Origin: Hadesarchaea archaeon
GTDB lineage: Archaea; Hadarchaeota; Hadarchaeia; Hadarchaeales; Hadarchaeaceae
Reading direction: 5' to 3'
Assembly (NCBI GenBank): GCA_030601675.1
Contig: JAUWBN010000004.1
Location: 2,113-66,112, forward strand
Length of the DNA stretch: 64,000 bases
The position numbers and the translations under genes are program-made. Under the pieces are notes generated by a model, which was not told the origin of the DNA, ran no database searches, and was given only the letters and a program-made list of their open reading frames with translations. Below are positions 24,434 through 33,637 of this stretch, in pieces (position 1 is the stretch's first letter; every line of letters starts with the position of its first letter).

Positions 24434-24598
24434 TTGACCCCTCAAGATATTATCCACATTACCCAAAGAAATTTTGGTACCTAGTGCATAACTTCACGTT
24501 ACGCTTTTATTTTTGTTATTCTTTCTAGTTTACATGTGCCCCCATTCGAACCGCGTAAATAACTTAAGCGGGGGGGGCAGAAGTGGGAAGGGTGAAAT

Positions 24599-25030
24599 AT
24601 GCAATCAGTAAGCTACAAGCTCGGCAGATTTTTCTTGTGCGGGCTCAAGTATAATTCGGAGCTCGTGCGGTCGGTTGTAAATTTTGCAAGGGGGAAGAGG
24701 GTCAAGATGGCGGTCTTCACCGTAGTCGGTGCGGTCAAGCAGGCGCGGCTTGCCTACTACGATCAGGCGGAGCACGAGTACCAGAAGATCAAACTCGATC
24801 GACCCCTGGAGATCGCGAGTTGCTTCGGCAACCTCTCGCTCAAGGACTGCAAACCATTTGCGCATGTCCATGCCGTGCTGGCCGACGCGGCAGGCAAGAC
24901 CTACGCGGGGCACCTGCTCAGGGCAACGGTTTTCGCGGCCGAGCTTCACCTTCAAGAGCTGCTGGGTAAAAAACTCGAGCGGGAGTACGAGCAAACAACT
25001 GGCCTAGCGCTGTGGGAGTTTAGGAGGTGA
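24599..25030 (+). CDS. PPC (DUF296) domain protein
   Basis: 143 aa. …VFTVVGAVKQARLAYYD…LEIASCFGNLS…PFAHVHAVLADAAGKTYAGHLL…ELHLQEL is the typical PPC-domain pattern. Confidence 0.7.
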   Translation: MQSVSYKLGRFFLCGLKYNSELVRSVVNFARGKRVKMAVFTVVGAVKQARLAYYDQAEHEYQKIKLDRPLEIASCFGNLSLKDCKPFAHVHAVLADAAGKTYAGHLLRATVFAAELHLQELLGKKLEREYEQTTGLALWEFRR

Positions 25031-25034
25031 TGAG

Positions 25035-26294
25035 GTGGACCTGCTGATAAAGAACGCTCGAATCGTCGGGCGGAAGGCTCTGAAGGACATCGGCATCGAA
25101 GGTGGGAGAGTTGTCAAAGTTGGAAAAATTCGGGGCCGCGCGCGAAGGGTGATCAACGCCAAGGGAATGCTGACATCTCCGGCCTTCATCGACCCGCACA
25201 TCCACCTCGACAAGTGCATGATAGGCGACGAGGTGCGGCCGAACGTCTCGGGCACCTTGCAGGAGGCAATCAAGATCGTCTGGGAGCGAAAGCGTCGTTA
25301 CACCGTGGCCGATATCGTGCGCCGTGCGGGTGAAGTTATTCAAATGGCTGCCATGAACGGCACCACCCGTATGCGAACTCATGTCGATGTCGACACAATC
25401 GGGGGGCTCAAACCTCTCAAGGGCCTGCTTGAAGCGCGTAGAAAATTCAGACATCTGATGGACATCCAGATCGTCGCCTTCCCCCAGGAGGGGATCCTAC
25501 GCGACCCCGGGACGGAGGAGTTGCTCTACAAGGCGATGGAGCTTGGGGCCGATTTGGTTGGCGGTATGCCCCACCACGAGCGTCCGTACTCGAAGGCGAA
25601 GCCCCACATCGATATATGTTTCGAGGTGGCGAAGCGGTTCGACGCCGACATCGACATGCACGTGGACGAAACCGACGACCCCCGCTCGCGCTCGCTCGAG
25701 TACCTAGCAAAAAAAACGATCGCCGAGGGCTACCAGAGCCGGGTCACGGCGGGCCACACGTGTGCGCTCGCGGCCTACCCGGACGACTACGCGCGGAAGG
25801 TCATTCAAAAGGTGAGGCGAGCGAACATCAACATGATCACCAACCCCGTCACCAACCTAGTGATTCAGGGTCGCGGGGACAAGCAACCGGTCCGCCGGGG
25901 GATAACGCGAGTTAAAGAATTACTTGCGGCGGGGGTCAACGTCACTTTTGGTCAGGACTGCGTGAACGACGCCTTCTACCCGTTCGGCCGCGCGGACATG
26001 CTCGAGGTCGCGAACATAACTGCACACGCTGCGCACCTGAGCGCGCCGGATGAGATCAAAACGGTCTTTCGAATGATGACATACAATGCCGCCCGCACAC
26101 TAAGGGTGCTCGACGACTACGGCGCAGTTGGAAAACACGCAGACCTCGTGGTGATCAACGCGGCCTCGGTGAAGGACGCGATTCGAATGCAGCCCGACCG
26201 GCGATGGGTAATCAAGGGCGGCAAGATCATCGCAGAAGGTAGGTCGGTCCGGAAGTTGACCCGATCTCGCGTGGTCACATACGCAACACGGTAG
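25035..26294 (+). CDS. Amidohydrolase (cytosine deaminase/AtzC-like subfamily)
   Basis: GTG start. DLLIKNARIV…GIEGGRVVKVG…AFIDPHIHLDK (HxH metal motif), MHVDETDD and GHTCAL. Confidence 0.8.
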   Translation: MDLLIKNARIVGRKALKDIGIEGGRVVKVGKIRGRARRVINAKGMLTSPAFIDPHIHLDKCMIGDEVRPNVSGTLQEAIKIVWERKRRYTVADIVRRAGEVIQMAAMNGTTRMRTHVDVDTIGGLKPLKGLLEARRKFRHLMDIQIVAFPQEGILRDPGTEELLYKAMELGADLVGGMPHHERPYSKAKPHIDICFEVAKRFDADIDMHVDETDDPRSRSLEYLAKKTIAEGYQSRVTAGHTCALAAYPDDYARKVIQKVRRANINMITNPVTNLVIQGRGDKQPVRRGITRVKELLAAGVNVTFGQDCVNDAFYPFGRADMLEVANITAHAAHLSAPDEIKTVFRMMTYNAARTLRVLDDYGAVGKHADLVVINAASVKDAIRMQPDRRWVIKGGKIIAEGRSVRKLTRSRVVTYATR

Positions 26295-26396
26295 CTCCCA
26301 CTAGAGAAGTTAATCATGTTGTGCCACTCCATCTAACTCATCGAAGGATAAGATGTGATGTTTTAAACTCACACGAAGAAGGCTGATGGTTGGAAC

Positions 26397-27215
26397 ATGG
26401 CCAAGAAATTTGCCGATTTGCACATTCATACCCGCGCCTCCGATGGGCGGCTGCTTGCGGAGGAGGTCGTCCGGCAGGCGCGAGAAGTCGGGCTCGCCGC
26501 GATCGGAATAGCCGACCACGACTCCGTCGACGGTATCGAGGCAGCGCTCGGGGCGGGGAAAAAGTACGAGGTCGAGGTCATCCCGAGCGTCGAACTCAGC
26601 GCATACCTCGATGGTTTCGAGTTACATATTTTGGGTTATCTCATCGACTGGCGGGACGAGAAATTCAGGGCCATGCTCAGGAAGTTCCAAGAGGTGCGCC
26701 TGAACCGAGCCAAGCAGATGGTCGAAAGGCTCCGCGGGCTAGGATTGGATATTTCGTATGAAGACGTGCTGGCCGAGGCCGGGAATGGGGCGGTAGGCAG
26801 GCCTCACGTCGCACTGGCGCTGCTCAAGCGGGGCCACGTCGAATCCATCAACGGTGCGTTTGAGCGATACATACGTCCGGGAGGCCCAGCTTACGTGGAC
26901 AAATATCATCTGCCCTCCGCTGAAGCGATCGAGATAATCCGACGAATCGGCGGGGTCTCGGTGCTCGCCCACCCGCTCTACGGCTTCCGCGAGGAGATGT
27001 TGCCTGAACTCCTCAAGCAGGGACTCGGGGGGATCGAGGTATATCACAGTAAGCACGATATCTTCTCGACACGACGCTTCGAAGGCCTAGCGCGCCGGCA
27101 CAACCTGCTGGTGACGGGTGGCAGCGACAGCCACGGCTCCGAGGTGCCCATCGGGATGGTTCGGGTGCCCTACAAGCTCGTGGAGAAATTGAAAGCTGAG
27201 CGCAAGCTTTTATGA
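26397..27215 (+). CDS. PHP-domain metal-dependent phosphoesterase
   Basis: DLHIHTRASDG, GIADHDSVDG, VLAHP, EVYHSKH and GGSDSHG PHP motifs. Confidence 0.8.
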   Translation: MAKKFADLHIHTRASDGRLLAEEVVRQAREVGLAAIGIADHDSVDGIEAALGAGKKYEVEVIPSVELSAYLDGFELHILGYLIDWRDEKFRAMLRKFQEVRLNRAKQMVERLRGLGLDISYEDVLAEAGNGAVGRPHVALALLKRGHVESINGAFERYIRPGGPAYVDKYHLPSAEAIEIIRRIGGVSVLAHPLYGFREEMLPELLKQGLGGIEVYHSKHDIFSTRRFEGLARRHNLLVTGGSDSHGSEVPIGMVRVPYKLVEKLKAERKLL

Positions 27216-27248
27216 GCAACTGCTGATTCTAACCGAAGGGTTGTAATT

Positions 27249-27938
27249 ATGATCACCGCAAAAGCTGCAATCTTCGACCTCGACTGCACGCTTGTCGACA
27301 CGCTCAATCGATTTTACGATGTCTTCAACCAACTGCTCGAGGGGCATGGAAGCAAGCCACTCGTGTGGGATGAGTTCCTCGAGCGCTACATTGCGGACAC
27401 GCTCGACGATGTGGTCGTTGTACCCCCCGATCCACAACGAGAGCGAAAGTTGCACGAGTTCTGGATCGAGTTCCTCCGAAGGTACCGAACGGATGACCCG
27501 GGCGGCAAGCTGATCCCGGGCGTGAGGGAAGTTTTCCAAAGGCTCCACGGCGCAGGTGTCCCAATCGCGGTCATCACGAGCTGCATCGCCCCCGCGGCCA
27601 AGGTAAAGGAGGAGCTGGCGAGCTTCGGGCTCGATAGATTTGTGAGCGCGATCGCCACCGGGGACGACGTCATTAGAGACTTGGAGGAAGGGCACCACTT
27701 TTCCAAGCTCGAGATCCTCAGGCTCGCGGCCGAGAGGCTTGGAGTCGATCCCCGGGAGTGCGTGACGGTGGGGGACTACTGGAACGATGTAAAAGGTGGA
27801 AAGGATTTGGGAGCAAAGACGGTAGCGGTGCTGACGGGCCTGATGCGACGGGGGCTCCTGGAGAAGTTCGAACCTGACGCGATCGTCGAGAGCGTTCGCG
27901 ACCTGCCGAAAGTCGTAAAGTTTGAAAGCCAGAGTTAG
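27249..27938 (+). CDS. HAD-superfamily hydrolase (phosphoglycolate phosphatase-like)
   Basis: Motif I IFDLDCTLVDT, motif II VITSC, and motif IV GDYWNDVKGGKDLG. Confidence 0.8.
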   Translation: MITAKAAIFDLDCTLVDTLNRFYDVFNQLLEGHGSKPLVWDEFLERYIADTLDDVVVVPPDPQRERKLHEFWIEFLRRYRTDDPGGKLIPGVREVFQRLHGAGVPIAVITSCIAPAAKVKEELASFGLDRFVSAIATGDDVIRDLEEGHHFSKLEILRLAAERLGVDPRECVTVGDYWNDVKGGKDLGAKTVAVLTGLMRRGLLEKFEPDAIVESVRDLPKVVKFESQS

Positions 27939-27944
27939 TTTCTG

Positions 27945-28295
27945 GTGAAGAACGTGGTTCGAATCGACGGCACCAGCTTCGGAAGCATAACCGTGGATGG
28001 TAAACGCTACTCCCACGATGTTTGGATCTTCGCCGATGGCTCGATCAGGCGACGGGATCGGGACCACGAGTTCACGCTGGATGAGCTCGACCTCCTGCTC
28101 GACGGAAGGCCAGAGGTCGTGATTGTCGGCACGGGACAATCTGGCTGTGTTCGAGTTGATGAAGACGCCGCAAGGGAAGCTGGCAGACGAGGGATAAAAA
28201 TAATTAACGATGTCACCCCCGAGGCCCTTAAACGGTACAACGAGGCAGTCAAGACCAAGCGCAAGGTAGCCGGCGCTTTTCACACCACGTGCTAG
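27945..28295 (+). CDS. Mth938-like (DUF498) domain protein
   Basis: 116 aa, GTG start. …ITVDGKRYSHDVWIF…PEVVIVGTGQSG…GIKIINDVTPEALKRYNE pattern. Assignment from memory only. Confidence 0.6.
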   Translation: MKNVVRIDGTSFGSITVDGKRYSHDVWIFADGSIRRRDRDHEFTLDELDLLLDGRPEVVIVGTGQSGCVRVDEDAAREAGRRGIKIINDVTPEALKRYNEAVKTKRKVAGAFHTTC

Positions 28296-28303
28296 GTGTT
28301 TGT

Positions 28304-28864
28304 ATGGTTCGAGCATTTGTCGGGATAGACATCGATGAAGCTGTGAGGCAGAAACTCGTTGCCGCGCAGGAGCAACTCCAGGCAACCGGGGCGCAGCTCA
28401 AGCTAGTCGAACCACCCAACATCCACGTGACGATGAAATTCCTCGGGGAGGTTTCCGAAGACAGGGTTGGTGCAATCGCTGATGCGTTGAAAAGGGCCGC
28501 TGCGGGAAGGGGGCAATTCGACATCAGGGTTAAGGGCATAGGTGTCTTCCCGAACCTGCGCTACATCCGGGTCGTGTGGGCTGGCGTGGCCGAGGGGCGC
28601 GACGAGGTCATCGGCCTCCAGCAAGGGATCGACCGCGAGCTGGGGCCGCTGGGGTTCCGCGCGGAGCGAGATTTCGTGCCCCACCTAACAATTGCCCGGG
28701 TTAAAACAGCTAAACAAAAGGAGCGGCTAGCGGCATTCATCAAAGAAATGACCGACGCGGAGTTTGGGGTGACACGTGCCCAAGCAGTCGAACTGAAGCA
28801 GAGCACGCTAACTTCGAAAGGACCGATTTACAGCAACCTAGCGCAGGTCAAGCTAGGCTTATAA
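28304..28864 (+). CDS. thpR: RNA 2',3'-cyclic phosphodiesterase (ThpR/LigT, 2H family)
   Basis: Two HxT motifs (IHVTMKFLG and PHLTIARV) at the correct spacing. RAFVGIDI at the N-terminus. Confidence 0.8.
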   Translation: MVRAFVGIDIDEAVRQKLVAAQEQLQATGAQLKLVEPPNIHVTMKFLGEVSEDRVGAIADALKRAAAGRGQFDIRVKGIGVFPNLRYIRVVWAGVAEGRDEVIGLQQGIDRELGPLGFRAERDFVPHLTIARVKTAKQKERLAAFIKEMTDAEFGVTRAQAVELKQSTLTSKGPIYSNLAQVKLGL

Positions 28865-28868
28865 CTAT

Positions 28869-29078
28869 TTATTTACAGAAAAGTGCAAGTATGACGGTAA
28901 TCCCGCTTAGGATTTCGGCGGTACCAACAGAAATTAAACCACTTTTTATCCAAAGGAACTCCAATTCAACACGCTCGTAGGATCCTCCAAGAAGGTCGAT
29001 AAGGAAAGCCAAACCATCTATCAACGCTAGTACTCCGCCAAACACCACTAATCCCCCCAACGCTGCTTCTGGGAGCAC
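28869..29078 (-). CDS. Small two-helix membrane protein (possibly the C-terminal part of a disrupted zinc-ribbon membrane protein)
   Basis: 69-aa GTG-start ORF, hydrophobic (GGLVVFGGVLALIDGLAFLIDLL…ILSGITVILALF). No motif. Confidence 0.35.
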   Translation of the reverse strand: MLPEAALGGLVVFGGVLALIDGLAFLIDLLGGSYERVELEFLWIKSGLISVGTAEILSGITVILALFCK

Positions 29079-29187
29079 CTATCTCCGCAAGAGGTGGGGG
29101 AACATGTGCAGGAAGCTTGTAGCCGCAGTACCCACAAAACGAAGCTCAAGCCTCAACTTCTTTCCCGCACTTTGGACAAAGCGGCAT
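29079..29187 (-). pseudogene. Zinc-ribbon ORF interrupted by an in-frame TGA (pseudogene or recoding candidate)
   Basis: My translation from ATG 29187 is MPLCPKCGKEVEA-TGA-ASFCGYCGYKLPAHVPPPLAEIG. The C-x2-C-x10-C-x2-C spacing and the CGYK tail are identical to the intact neighbour at 29206-29391. Confidence 0.35.
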
Positions 29188-29205
29188 TCTTCTTCACTTT
29201 TTCGT

Positions 29206-29391
29206 CTACTGAGCTTTACCGAACTTATACCCGCAATACGGACAAACTGCGTGCTCTACAGGAGTTTTCCGGCCACACTTCGTGCAGACCCGTTCCTCTA
29301 TCTCGGGCCTAGTGTAGTAGTAAACAATGGCCGCCGGCCAGCAGAACAATATCAGCAATACTAGGAGTCCTAAACTATATTTTTTTGCCAT
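29206..29391 (-). CDS. Small membrane-anchored zinc-ribbon protein
   Basis: 61 aa. N-terminal TM (LGLLVLLILFCWPAAIVYYY), then CTKCG-x-CPYCGYKF. Confidence 0.6.
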   Translation of the reverse strand: MAKKYSLGLLVLLILFCWPAAIVYYYTRPEIEERVCTKCGRKTPVEHAVCPYCGYKFGKAQ

Positions 29392-29521
29392 CCTCCACCC
29401 TCTTCCACTGCAATATCGCTATTTAAATAGATTATCTTCATTCCTAACTTGCCTTTGCTACGTTAATTAGGGGGCATAGCCTGATGCCTGGCTTCTGATC
29501 TACTAGCAGCTGAGACACTTG

Positions 29522-29971
29522 TTATCGTCCGTGAAAGTAGTTTCGAAGCATCCCAGTTTTCCGAGCGATAGTATAAATTGCTCCATAGTAAATAGCGAAC
29601 ACCATTAGACCATAAAGAAAAATTTTCAAATTACCCCCGATAAGAAACGAAAGGAAAAATCCCCACGCTACCCCTAGGAGGTAACCGGTCCCTACTCTAA
29701 TCCAGTTTTTGCCCTCCCTAAGCCCCAGAGTCTGAGTTACCCAATCAGCAGCGGTTGGAAGTGGAAAAAGAGCCATCAGCACGAAAGCGGTCGCTGAGGA
29801 AAGCGCGCCGAATAGGAAGAACGATGTGACGAACCCCAAGAATATTCCCGTGCATCTGGCACACAGGTAGACATCTTTTCCAGCAACGCGAAGATGGAGC
29901 GTCCGATGGAGTCTGGACGGACCGTGATGGGATAACAATAAAAACCATAAACTTTTTTCTCTTTTCTTCAT
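29522..29971 (-). CDS. DUF2085-family membrane protein
   Basis: 149 aa. HRTLHL…LCARCTGIFLG motif followed by three further TM helices. Confidence 0.7.
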   Translation of the reverse strand: MKKREKSLWFLLLSHHGPSRLHRTLHLRVAGKDVYLCARCTGIFLGFVTSFFLFGALSSATAFVLMALFPLPTAADWVTQTLGLREGKNWIRVGTGYLLGVAWGFFLSFLIGGNLKIFLYGLMVFAIYYGAIYTIARKTGMLRNYFHGR

Positions 29972-30240
29972 TAACTCAGAACCCCAAGACCTCGCTATTC
30001 CACTATTTCAGTTAAATTCGATGCATAAAAATATGGAGAGTATTTGTGGAGGCGGCTGGGAGGGTGGCACTTGGACGGCCTTAACCACGATGTCAGAGGA
30101 AAAGCGCCGGCTCATGGCCAAGGTGTACGAGATCGAGGAGCCACGGGTTTGTTATCTGCGACAGCTCCTTCATTCCCTTTACCATCCCCTCAGTACCCGG
30201 CCTCGTCCTTTTCTTCGTCGCCTTCTCTTACTGCACTACC

Positions 30241-30398
30241 GTAGGAGAAGAAGAACTTGACGTGTTGAAGTGGGGCGACGAATACAGACGATATCAGAAG
30301 GAAGTCCCAAGATTCAATCTCATCTTGGGAACATGGAGATGGTCTAGGAGAAAAACAACGAAAAAAAATGCAAGTCAGCCCAAGCGATTTGTGCGTTA
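30241..30398 (+). pseudogene. Possible C-terminal remnant of an ICMT/PEMT-type membrane methyltransferase
   Basis: Start-less open frame ending …VGEEELDVLKWGDEYRRYQKEVPRFNLI…*. This resembles the conserved E-E-x-L-x3-FG-x-x-Y-x-x-Y-x-x-x-V-P-R tail of that family. The frame is open back to about 30090 without a start codon. Confidence 0.3.
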
Positions 30399-30400
30399 GG

Positions 30401-31786
30401 TCAGCGATACCAAGGCAGGCAGTGCGTTAAATATTCGGAGATGAACTCGCGGACCTTTTCATCCTTGCAGAGCTGGACGATATCCTTCCCTTTGTAAATC
30501 TCATATCCCCTCGCGATGGCTTCACCAACGTGCTTGCCGAGGGTCCTGCGCTCCTCCAACGCCTGCTCGAGTACTTCCCTCGCACTCGTCTGCTCGCGCT
30601 CGATTTCAAAGACCAACCTTCCCGCGGGGTCGGCGAATGGGCCGGTGAATTTTTGCTTCGATTTTAGGTGAGTTTGGATGAAATCCCCTACCTCAATCGA
30701 AACCGGGGGCCCAACGCGGGTGCGTACCCGGGGTAGCCTCGTCACCGCCAATTCAAGCAGGATGAGGGCCTGAGAATTCGACCACACGTCGCTCCGCATC
30801 ACCCCGAACCCAGCCCGCGCCAGCCGCGTCACGAGGGTCCGCTCGGCCTTCCGGAGCTGGGGGTAAAGCACGTCGGGGACGACATCGGGCGGGGAGAAGG
30901 CAACGCAAAAGAGTGTCGTCCCCCTCCGCTCCAACGTCGCCTGAATCTCACGCGCGCTCAGCCTTCGCACGGGTTTGGGGAAGAAAAATTGTTCCTCCGG
31001 TCCCTGCGCGAAATCCTGGCATGCCCGGACGAAAGTGGCGAAGCTCTGCATCGACACCGCGGCACCTACATTTCGGCTGGCGTCGACGGGATCGATCATT
31101 ATCAGCGGTTGCCCCTCAAACATCCTCTCAGCTTCGGATGGGTCCGGGTAACTGCGCTCGAGGTCGATGACCGTGCTTGGTTTCCAACCACTCGCACTTT
31201 CCACTAACTTTTCAAATGAGCCGTAGTGCAGCACGAGGAGCTCGCAGAGATATCCTGAAAAACCCTGTACCTTCAGCTCTGCGCCATAACAACCGATGCC
31301 GAGCATAAATTGTTTCGCCAGCAGCACTTCATCGATAAGTTCGGACTTCAGGTGTTTAGTGATGTAGCGCTGGTGGTGGGGCGAGCGGTCGACCGCGCTG
31401 CGAATTTCACTCGGTTTGGCGATGTCGTAGCAGGGGACGAGATCGACATCGAAGCCCTTGAATCGCATCGTCACGTAGGGGTGCTCGGCGAAGCTCTCCT
31501 TTCCGCGCTTACCGGCCACCTTCCGCGCCACCGCTAGCCCCTGGCGCTCGAGCTCCTCGCGTGAAAGCCCCTCGGGGAGGAGGATGAAGATATCGATGTC
31601 GCGCTCGGAACGGAGCCACGTGTTGCGGGCCGCGGAACCCACGAGCATCGCTTTTGCTTTGATACCCAGCTTGGAGCAGGCTGCATTCGTGCGGTCGATG
31701 AGCTCGGTCGCCACCTGCCTGAGGCGCTCCCGGTCGGCTGGGGTTGGCTTGACCCGCTTGAGGATCAATTTCAAAATTTTATCCAT
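30401..31786 (-). CDS. cca: CCA-adding enzyme (archaeal class I tRNA nucleotidyltransferase)
   Basis: 461 aa. …AMLVGSAARNTWLRSERDIDIFILLP… (GS…DxD nucleotidyltransferase motif), and PHHQRYI. Length and layout are as in the archaeal CCA enzyme. Confidence 0.9.
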   Translation of the reverse strand: MDKILKLILKRVKPTPADRERLRQVATELIDRTNAACSKLGIKAKAMLVGSAARNTWLRSERDIDIFILLPEGLSREELERQGLAVARKVAGKRGKESFAEHPYVTMRFKGFDVDLVPCYDIAKPSEIRSAVDRSPHHQRYITKHLKSELIDEVLLAKQFMLGIGCYGAELKVQGFSGYLCELLVLHYGSFEKLVESASGWKPSTVIDLERSYPDPSEAERMFEGQPLIMIDPVDASRNVGAAVSMQSFATFVRACQDFAQGPEEQFFFPKPVRRLSAREIQATLERRGTTLFCVAFSPPDVVPDVLYPQLRKAERTLVTRLARAGFGVMRSDVWSNSQALILLELAVTRLPRVRTRVGPPVSIEVGDFIQTHLKSKQKFTGPFADPAGRLVFEIEREQTSAREVLEQALEERRTLGKHVGEAIARGYEIYKGKDIVQLCKDEKVREFISEYLTHCLPWYR

Positions 31787-31872
31787 TTACTCCCGAAAAC
31801 CGATTTGTGGCTGGCGTTAAAGGGTTAGCGCCACCGAAGAGTGCACAGCCGTGAAGCACACCTGTGAAGTCA

Positions 31873-32901
31873 TCACAGTTTCCAATAGCTTGCGAGCCCC
31901 CGCTTGAGTTCACCGATAACGCTGGGGCGGCGAGGTTCCACGGGCGTTGGAGGTTTCTCACCGGTCATGGTTTTCACTACATTCACTACTCCCTCAGCCA
32001 AAGCGTCGAGCACGTAGCCACCTTCGAGCACAAAAACCACCCGCCCCTTGCACAGCCTCTCAGCTTGCTCGACGACAAAACGTGTGAGCCATCCATAAGC
32101 GGGTGTTGATAGCCGAAGCTGCGTGAGCGGATCATCGGCATACGCATCGAACCCAGCGGAAACCGCGAAGAGTTCCGGCTTGAACTGTTCGGTAAGTGGC
32201 ACGAAAATTTCCCCCATAGCGCTCGCGTACTCCGCATCGCCGCTTCCGGGGGGCATGGGCACGTTGACGGTATACCCCTCACCTTCCCCTGAGCCCAGCT
32301 CGTGGACGAAGCCAGTTCCAGGGTAAAGCGTGAGCGGGTCCTGATGCAGCGAGAGGTAGAGCACGCTCGGGTCCTCGTAGAAAATGTCTTGGGTGCCGTT
32401 GCCGTGGTGGGCGTCGAAGTCCAGAACGAATATTCGTCTTAGCTTAAACTCCCGCTTCATGCGCTCGATCATCACCGCGAGGTTGTTGAAGTAGCAGAAT
32501 CCACCGCCCCGCGCTCGGGACGCGTGGTGGCCCGGGGGGCGGACCAGGGCAAATGCGTTTGAGGCCTCACCCGAGAGCACCGCGCGCCCAGCATCGATCG
32601 TCCCTCCCGCGGCGAGCAGCGCGAGTTCGAAGGTGTTCTTGCGCACGGGGGTGTCGCCATCGAGGGGGCGCTCGGATTTGCTCAGGCGTTCGACAAGTTC
32701 GACGTGCTCGGCATCATGAACAAGCTCGATATCCTCACGTTTAGCCGGCTTGGGCTCGATCACCTTTACGCTCGGCGTTCCCCAGAGCTTTGCCCGCCTC
32801 AGCGCTTCCACTATCGCCTTCAGGCGCTCGGGCCGCTCGGGGTGCCCCCTGCTCGGTTTGTGCTCGAGGTATTTCTCAGAGTAAACGAGGGCGGTTGACA
32901 T
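31873..32901 (-). CDS. Histone deacetylase-family protein (AcuC/acetylpolyamine amidohydrolase-like)
   Basis: ALVRPPGHHA, VLDFDAHHGNGTQ, SLHQDP and SAGFDAY motifs. Confidence 0.88.
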   Translation of the reverse strand: MSTALVYSEKYLEHKPSRGHPERPERLKAIVEALRRAKLWGTPSVKVIEPKPAKREDIELVHDAEHVELVERLSKSERPLDGDTPVRKNTFELALLAAGGTIDAGRAVLSGEASNAFALVRPPGHHASRARGGGFCYFNNLAVMIERMKREFKLRRIFVLDFDAHHGNGTQDIFYEDPSVLYLSLHQDPLTLYPGTGFVHELGSGEGEGYTVNVPMPPGSGDAEYASAMGEIFVPLTEQFKPELFAVSAGFDAYADDPLTQLRLSTPAYGWLTRFVVEQAERLCKGRVVFVLEGGYVLDALAEGVVNVVKTMTGEKPPTPVEPRRPSVIGELKRGLASYWKL

Positions 32902-32904
32902 GGT

Positions 32905-33582
32905 TCACTTCTCCACGAGCTTTGCTTGTTTGATTACCAAATATCCGTTGGTTCCCCGCCAGACACGCTCCACCTCGACGGGCTCGATGCGCTTCCCGAA
33001 AAATGGCGCATCTAGGACGAGGCTCTCGTACTCGCCGCCCTCTCCGCTCAAATTGACCTTGTACCTACGATTGAGCTCGAGCAAATCGCGTACCGCTGCC
33101 TCGTCGAGCTTCCTCCCCAACCAGTTCTCATCAAAGCCTTCAGCGGAGACACTCGTCACGATTACCTCAAAACCCGCTGCGATGAACTCCCGCAAAAGCT
33201 CGAGGGGCTCCCTCCCCCAGAGGGGTGCTATCGACTTTAAACCGAGCTCCCCGCAGATGCGGTCGATGCGGCTCTTTTGATAGTTCGAGGCTATCGCGCC
33301 GCTTACCACGCCCTCGATGTCAAGCGTTTGAAGCACCCGTTTCAGGTCCTCAAGCTCCGCCTCGCGCTCGCCGCTCGTCTCGGCCTTGATGAGGGGCAGG
33401 CCCACGCATTCGGCGAAGAGGTCGATGAGGTGAATGTCTGGGAAATGAAACATCCAGGAATCCTCCCGGCGCGGGATCATCGCCACTACCTGCGCAACCT
33501 CGTGCCCCTGCTCCATCGCCAGCCAGAGCGCATACGCCGAATCCTTCCCACCCGAGCAAAGGGCCGCGACCCGCATTCCCAT
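32905..33582 (-). CDS. PP-loop ATPase of the MJ0570/diphthine-ammonia ligase (Dph6) family
   Basis: VAALCSGGKDS PP-loop, …VVSGAIASNYQKSRIDRIC…APLWG…, 225 aa. Confidence 0.8.
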   Translation of the reverse strand: MGMRVAALCSGGKDSAYALWLAMEQGHEVAQVVAMIPRREDSWMFHFPDIHLIDLFAECVGLPLIKAETSGEREAELEDLKRVLQTLDIEGVVSGAIASNYQKSRIDRICGELGLKSIAPLWGREPLELLREFIAAGFEVIVTSVSAEGFDENWLGRKLDEAAVRDLLELNRRYKVNLSGEGGEYESLVLDAPFFGKRIEPVEVERVWRGTNGYLVIKQAKLVEK

Positions 33583-33637
33583 CAGGAAAAGCTATGCCCT
33601 TTAATCAGATAAACTCAAATGATTTTTGGAAGAGAAG

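Noticed and set aside
27210-28385. 391-aa minus-strand ORF
   Set aside because: It lies opposite the HAD hydrolase (DxDxT and GDxxxD motifs) and the Mth938-like gene. It has no recognisable motif, so it is a shadow ORF.
29146-29148. Selenocysteine or genome-wide TGA reassignment as the explanation for the in-frame TGAs
   Set aside because: Many well-supported genes in the window terminate at TGA (for example Mrp/NBP35, the DUF134-like gene and the MinD-Fer4 paralogue). The TGA positions do not align with Cys residues of the paralogue, and I saw no obvious SECIS-like hairpin. The possibility of local readthrough is kept only as a low-weight finding.
29455-29525. C/D-box-sRNA-like elements (TGATGC … CTGA … CTGA) in the intergenic region upstream of the DUF2085 gene
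   Set aside because: The C box is imperfect. The C-to-D' spacing (about 7 nt) is too short for a 10-12-nt guide, and no terminal stem was seen.
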